Of a stretch of 64,000 nucleotides of DNA, positions 59,185-64,000 are shown piece by piece (positions within the stretch are counted from its first letter, which is position 1; every line of letters begins with the position of its first letter). The DNA lies in assembly GCA_963768055.1 (NCBI GenBank), contig CAVYGN010000001.1, positions 576,001-640,000 of the forward strand. Reading direction: 5' to 3'. The translations under genes and the position numbers were made by a program. The notes beneath the pieces were generated by a model. The model was not told the origin of the DNA and searched no databases. It saw only the letters and a list, made by a program, of their open reading frames with translations. The stretch is from an uncultured Spirochaetota bacterium (GTDB lineage: Bacteria; Spirochaetota; Brevinematia; Brevinematales; JAOACQ01).

Positions 59185-59961
59185 ATGGACGAACAAACAA
59201 AGAGTATTTTGAAAGGCGCTCAAGTGGCAGTCACAGAAAAGGTTATTCTGGATTATCTTAAAGCATCCAACCTTTATCTCACAGACCAGCAGAAGAAAAT
59301 GTTCATTCAAGTTGCAGTGTTGAACAGTTTGAACCCTTTTTTTCGTGAAATTTACCCGATAACCTATGGCAATTCTTTTAAATTGGTTACTGGGTATACC
59401 GTTTACATCAAGCGAGCAGAAGCATCCGGGAAGCTTGATGGCTGGAAAGTTGAATCGGATGGCGAAACGGCGACAATCACTATTTACAGGAAAGACTTTC
59501 AGCACCCCATCGAATGGTCAATCAAAAGGGCAGACTTCGACAAGGGCACAGGAAACTGGAAATCGATGCAGGATTTTATGCTTCGCAAGGTCTGCATAGC
59601 TCAAGGCTTTCGACTTGCCTTCCCCAATGAAATTTCCACCCTTCCGTTTCTTGCTGAGGAACTGGTGGAAAATGAAGGTACAGGAACAGGTGTAGTGAAA
59701 TCAAATCCGACTAAATCCGAAGAAAAAACCCCTGGTAAACGAACCGCTAAAACTAAAGAGGAAATTAATCATGAAACTGAAGCTAAGAACCTCAAACACC
59801 TTTACGACCAAGTTCTTGAACTCTGCGGAAACAATAAAGGATATGTCAACGACCTTGTGATGCAGGAAGGTTTAGGGAACTTCATGCAACTCACATTGCC
59901 CCAGGCATTCAAGATTCTGAATTACCTGAGAGAACAGAAAAAAGAGGAGGTACCTGTATGA
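59185..59961 (+). CDS. Bet/RecT-family single-strand annealing protein
   Basis: LNPFFREIY; W..M...MLRKVCIAQGFRLAFP. Confidence 0.85.
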   Translation: MDEQTKSILKGAQVAVTEKVILDYLKASNLYLTDQQKKMFIQVAVLNSLNPFFREIYPITYGNSFKLVTGYTVYIKRAEASGKLDGWKVESDGETATITIYRKDFQHPIEWSIKRADFDKGTGNWKSMQDFMLRKVCIAQGFRLAFPNEISTLPFLAEELVENEGTGTGVVKSNPTKSEEKTPGKRTAKTKEEINHETEAKNLKHLYDQVLELCGNNKGYVNDLVMQEGLGNFMQLTLPQAFKILNYLREQKKEEVPV

Positions 59962-60452
59962 ACTTAACGCTTTATAACGAAATTGAGCTGGACAACTGGT
60001 TGACCAGGAACTGGGACAAAGAGGATCTGACAGATGAGGACAGAAATAATTTAGTAAAGGAACTGATTGTTCGGCAGACAGCTTCCATTGATAAGGTCAA
60101 CAACATGTTGAAATTCCTCACCCATACCGAAGGCTTCGCCGAAACTTGCAAGAAGGAAATAGCCCGAATTGAACAAAGGAAATCGTCTGCAGAAAATCTC
60201 ATTTCCAGAATCAAAAACGGGCTCAAGGATTACATGATTCTTAAAAAGCTGGATAAACTCGCTGCCGGGACATATAAAGTCAGCTTAAGGTCTTCAGATA
60301 GTGTTGAAATCACCAACGAAAGCCTTATCCCTTCCAAATACAAAACAGTCGAGATCAAGGTCAGCAAGTCAAACATCAAGGATGATATGAAAAAGGGAAA
60401 CAAGATACCTGGGGCTCAACTGAAAAAGAGCAACTTCATTCAAATAAGGTAA
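59958..60452 (+). CDS. Siphovirus Gp157-family protein
   Basis: KEIARI..RK; SVEI..ESLIP; K..IK..K.G..IPGA.L. Confidence 0.85.
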   Translation: MNLTLYNEIELDNWLTRNWDKEDLTDEDRNNLVKELIVRQTASIDKVNNMLKFLTHTEGFAETCKKEIARIEQRKSSAENLISRIKNGLKDYMILKKLDKLAAGTYKVSLRSSDSVEITNESLIPSKYKTVEIKVSKSNIKDDMKKGNKIPGAQLKKSNFIQIR

Positions 60453-60466
60453 GGAGGGATAAAAAT

Positions 60467-60601
60467 ATGACTAAAGAAAAAATAGCAGAAGAACCAAAGA
60501 ATGGGGAGAACTTGATAGTGGAAGTGATAAAGAGTATCGGTATCAGTGCGGTTGTCGCCGTCATATCAGTCTTGCTGAAGAGATCTTGGAGGGTATCATG
60601 A
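60467..60601 (+). CDS. Small membrane peptide (44 aa)
   Basis: AAGGAGG RBS; MTKEK...IGISAVVAVISVLLKR; ATGA-coupled to the next ORF. Confidence 0.5.
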   Translation: MTKEKIAEEPKNGENLIVEVIKSIGISAVVAVISVLLKRSWRVS

Positions 60602-60780
60602 GCTTTGATGTAATCACCGATATCGGGCAGACAGTCCTTGAAGGGCTTCAACAGGCGAGTGATATGGTAATTTCGAATCTAAAGACGCCGATTCCCTATA
60701 TAAGTGGAGCAATAGGCATATTGGCAGGAATTATAATCGCTGGTTTATCTGGAAAGAACACCCAAGAGCCGATGGACTGA
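60598..60780 (+). CDS. Small membrane peptide
   Basis: GAIGILAGIIIAG hydrophobic segment; precedes the terminator. Confidence 0.5.
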   Translation: MSFDVITDIGQTVLEGLQQASDMVISNLKTPIPYISGAIGILAGIIIAGLSGKNTQEPMD

Positions 60781-60793
60781 CCATTCTCAATGT

Positions 60794-60817
60794 AGGGGGG
60801 AAAGCCCCCCTTTTTTT
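60794..60817 (+). terminator. Rho-independent terminator
   Basis: AGGGGGG-AAAG-CCCCCCT followed by a T-tract. Confidence 0.85.
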
Positions 60818-61130
60818 ATGTTTTATAAAACAACTATCAAAGCAAGCCTTATCAACAATTATTCCTATAATGTAAAAATAATGGTACAAAATATACTCTT
60901 AATCCCTTGTAAATACAGGGCGATACAAAACTAATGTAAAAATGTAGCTTACAGGGGATAAGTACCCCAATAAATATAAAATTATTGAAATTTAATTTAA
61001 AAACAAAATATTCAGTTAAGGGAAAATTTTACCTGTATTACCTAAATTTTTTACATTCCAGTTGAGCGTCAGATTGCCAACCTGTGGTAAAACTCAATAT
61101 TTTAGGGAAGGGATTTATTTAGACTCAAAA

Positions 61131-62618
61131 TCAATACTTTATTTCAACTGTTTTTAATTTTTGGAGATCATGTTGTTTTCTGTATTGAGTATAATTTTCT
61201 AATGCCACTTTAGGACTATTACCAGCTAATAGTGTGTATAATTCAATAGGTATTCCGCTTCTTGATAACAGCATTTCAGATGTTTTCCTAAATTCCCTCA
61301 AATTATATTCTGGATTCAATTTCAATTTTTCCCTGACATCCCTGAATTTCTTTGAATAATATTCACAAGAATTATCTTGCATATATTTAATCAAGTCTTG
61401 TCTTGAAATATCAACTGGTAAACCATCTTTCATAGCTCCCTTAAATATATATCCTTCAATATGATTACTCTCAATATAACCCAATAACAAAGGTTTATAT
61501 TCATCTAAAATCGGTATGGTTTTATGGTCTTTACCTGCCCTGGCTGTTTTAGAAATGGTAATATTGATTATTGACTCAGAATAAATTATGTCTTGCTTTC
61601 TAAGGTATAAAGCCTCGGAAGGTCTTGAAAGAGTATAAAATAGCGTCATAATATACAGATAAAAATCAGGGTCTTTTTCTCTAATATAATTTTTTATTGT
61701 TTCAAAATCTTCTTCTGCTATATAAGTATCTTTCACAGTATTCTTGGGAACTGGAATATCTAAAACTTCCAATTTATTCCTATCAAACAAGCCGTTCTTA
61801 ATCAGAAAGTTGAGAAATGCTTTTAATTGAGTAAGAAATTTATTCCGGGAATTAACTTCATACTTTGAAAGGAATTTAATGTAATTGTTGATAAAAGTCT
61901 GGTCAATATTGTTGATTGAAAATATTTTCATTTTATCAATCACATGATTACATACATTTCTTTTTATCCCGAGAGATGTTTTTGCCTTGCCTAATGCTTT
62001 TTCTTTTTCTAACCACATATCAAATAAATGTGGCATAGAAGTTCTTTTTGGATCTGTTTCTTCTCTTTTTGTTGGGATTGATATAGCACCGGTATTTTTA
62101 GGCACTCGAGAGAGCTCTTTCTTATCATTGTTTATGCCCAGGAATTTCTCATCAAACATTTTAGCTTCAAGCTTTTTATTATAATCAATAGCCTTTTGAT
62201 TAGCTTCGATATAGTTCTTTGTGTGTAATGAAAATTCAATATTATTACCGTCTATCATCCGTTTATAATAATAAACGCCGTTAGATTTTTTTACTATATT
62301 GGAAATATTTTTCGATTCATTGTCGTGCAATTGCATAAAAAACTTGCCGACTTTGTTTTTTAAAACTGATTGAAGCTGTTCTTTACTTATTGATTCATCG
62401 ATAAAGGGTTTGTTCAATTCAGAATAATCATCTAAAAACTTAAATAATTTCCGCTGGTTTTTTGATTCTGGGTCAGCAATACTTCTTAGTATAAGGTTTT
62501 TATTGTCAGCAAAAGTTATCGGGTCATCATATGAACCTTGAATTTCATCGGAAATTGAGTCATATTCTGAAAGGATAATTTTCAGGAGTTTAATTTTTTC
62601 TTCTGGAGATAAAGCCAT
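61131..62618 (-). CDS. int: Tyrosine recombinase/integrase
   Basis: TLSRPSEAL (R), SKT (K), REFRKT, LAGNS...NY (Y); adjacent to the tRNA att site; start chosen by GAGGTG RBS. Confidence 0.85.
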   Translation of the reverse strand: MALSPEEKIKLLKIILSEYDSISDEIQGSYDDPITFADNKNLILRSIADPESKNQRKLFKFLDDYSELNKPFIDESISKEQLQSVLKNKVGKFFMQLHDNESKNISNIVKKSNGVYYYKRMIDGNNIEFSLHTKNYIEANQKAIDYNKKLEAKMFDEKFLGINNDKKELSRVPKNTGAISIPTKREETDPKRTSMPHLFDMWLEKEKALGKAKTSLGIKRNVCNHVIDKMKIFSINNIDQTFINNYIKFLSKYEVNSRNKFLTQLKAFLNFLIKNGLFDRNKLEVLDIPVPKNTVKDTYIAEEDFETIKNYIREKDPDFYLYIMTLFYTLSRPSEALYLRKQDIIYSESIINITISKTARAGKDHKTIPILDEYKPLLLGYIESNHIEGYIFKGAMKDGLPVDISRQDLIKYMQDNSCEYYSKKFRDVREKLKLNPEYNLREFRKTSEMLLSRSGIPIELYTLLAGNSPKVALENYTQYRKQHDLQKLKTVEIKY

Positions 62619-62768
62619 ATTTAGCACCTCAATGATTAATTGTAGCATAGAAAACACCCCCAAAGCAATAAATGAACTTTGTAGCTAATTTAGTGATAGG
62701 CTCCCGTTTAGGGAACCTGTCGAGGTGTAAGTACTTTAATTGCAATGAAATGGGGTATGAGAAGGATT

Positions 62769-62855
<87 letters not shown>

Positions 62856-63168
62856 AATATAGAATTATGAGATTTATTATTGAAATTTGAGGTGGTATAA
62901 AAATGGTATAAACACTTTTGCCCCCCCAAACATTACCAAACCTTCAATATTATTATATTTTAATTTTGATAGAAGTTCAATTTTAAAGTAGTTATCCTGC
63001 TCTATAAATAAGACACACCTGTTAAGGAACTTATCAGGAGACAAAAAGGCGTTGACTATGTTGCCCGCCAGCCGGGTGATTCTATAGAAATTGTGATGAA
63101 ACACTATGTGAATAATACTATTGAGAATTTCAGGCAGTACAGCGAGTCTTTAAAGATATAAGCTATCT

Positions 63169-63423
63169 TTATTTTTCCCCTTCTTTCAGCTTATCTTCAA
63201 ATTCTCTCATGAATTTTAATGGCGATATTCCAATCGCTATGCAAACATTTCTAAATTCAATAAAATCTAATCTTCTTTCAAGGCTTTCATATTTTGAGAC
63301 ATAAGAGTGATTAGCCCAGCCCAGCTTTTCTGCAAGCTCGTTTTGAGTGAGGTTCTTTTTAATCCTGTAATCTTTCAACAAATCTATAAATAAATTGTAT
63401 TCACTATTGTGAATAGATTTCAT
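63169..63423 (-). CDS. XRE HTH regulator, second copy
   Basis: 84 aa from MKSIHN; differs at only a few residues from 8456-8710. Confidence 0.9.
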   Translation of the reverse strand: MKSIHNSEYNLFIDLLKDYRIKKNLTQNELAEKLGWANHSYVSKYESLERRLDFIEFRNVCIAIGISPLKFMREFEDKLKEGEK

Positions 63424-63566
63424 AAAATTATCCTTGTTCGATATTAGAACATCATTATATAAAAATTTGACAAATGATCGAACATCGAACATGCTCAATT
63501 GAGTTATTTTCGTTTAGCTGACTTTCTACCGGTATGATCAGCCATATTAATTTATGGAGGAAAAGT

Positions 63567-64000
63567 ATGTTTAAGAAAGTCTTATCAACAATGATGGTTT
63601 GTATCAACCATAGTTTTAATCATGGGGTGTTCAACGAATCCAGGTGATGACGGAAGCGGTGGTGGTGGAGGTGGAGGGAATTCAAGTTCAACTTCCATAA
63701 GTTCAAGTTCATCATCTCCTTCAAAGAGTTCAAGTTCAGCGTCAAGTTCTTCGAGTTCGAGTGAGCCAGTACAGTACACGATAACCTTTGCTTTTCCCAA
63801 TAATACCACACAAAATTTCGGAGTAATTGACAACTCTTCAAGCACAACATTGGTTGCACCCAGCACCTACAATTATCCTCAAAGTGGAACAAGTAGCTTT
63901 ACACTCACAGTAAATTCCGGCGATAGCATTACTATTAATTTTTACAATCTTAACACCGGAAAAACCTTTACTGCATATCAGGTTAATGGTGGCTCGATTA
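63567..64000 (+). CDS. Ser/Gly-rich lipoprotein, partial, with a +1 frameshift in the signal peptide
   Basis: GGAGG RBS + MFKKVLSTMMV; the next frame reads VSTIVLIMGC-STNPGDDGSGGGG..SSSS and is open to the window end. Confidence 0.65.

Noticed and set aside
63424..63498. 25-aa N-terminal extension of the second XRE in the ORF track
   Set aside because: The region corresponds to the operator/promoter conserved in the first copy, which starts at MKSIHN.

Overview
AT-rich bacterial window dominated by a ~54.6 kb integrative element (8196-62782) inserted at the 3' end of a tRNA-Ser(CGA) gene (62769-62855, minus strand). The element is bounded by a 17-bp direct repeat (ATTCGGAGAGAGGGGGA). Its backbone encodes a tyrosine integrase, an excisionase-like HTH, a primase-helicase with an upstream RNA hairpin and iteron-like origin, Bet/RecT, Gp157, DUF932-like and amidoligase-like proteins, but no recognisable capsid or conjugation genes. 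Cargo: a two-component/TonB/MacAB-like block; a long run of small co-oriented housekeeping-type genes separated by a family of promoter-bearing intergenic repeats (cassette-like, not attC); an IS3 and an IS4 with target-site duplications; and a defence-like region (Panacea TA pair, two TIR proteins, P-loop ATPase, type IIG R-M, Schlafen/AlbA_2, and a 4-gene wHTH/TM/nuclease/Zn-barrel operon). Left of the element lie a PEP-utiliser/UbiA/methyltransferase/acyltransferase/DAG-kinase operon, a probable group II intron fragment, and more repeat-associated genes. Right of the tRNA lies a second copy of the element's XRE gene module. All family assignments come from motifs read by eye; no searches were run.
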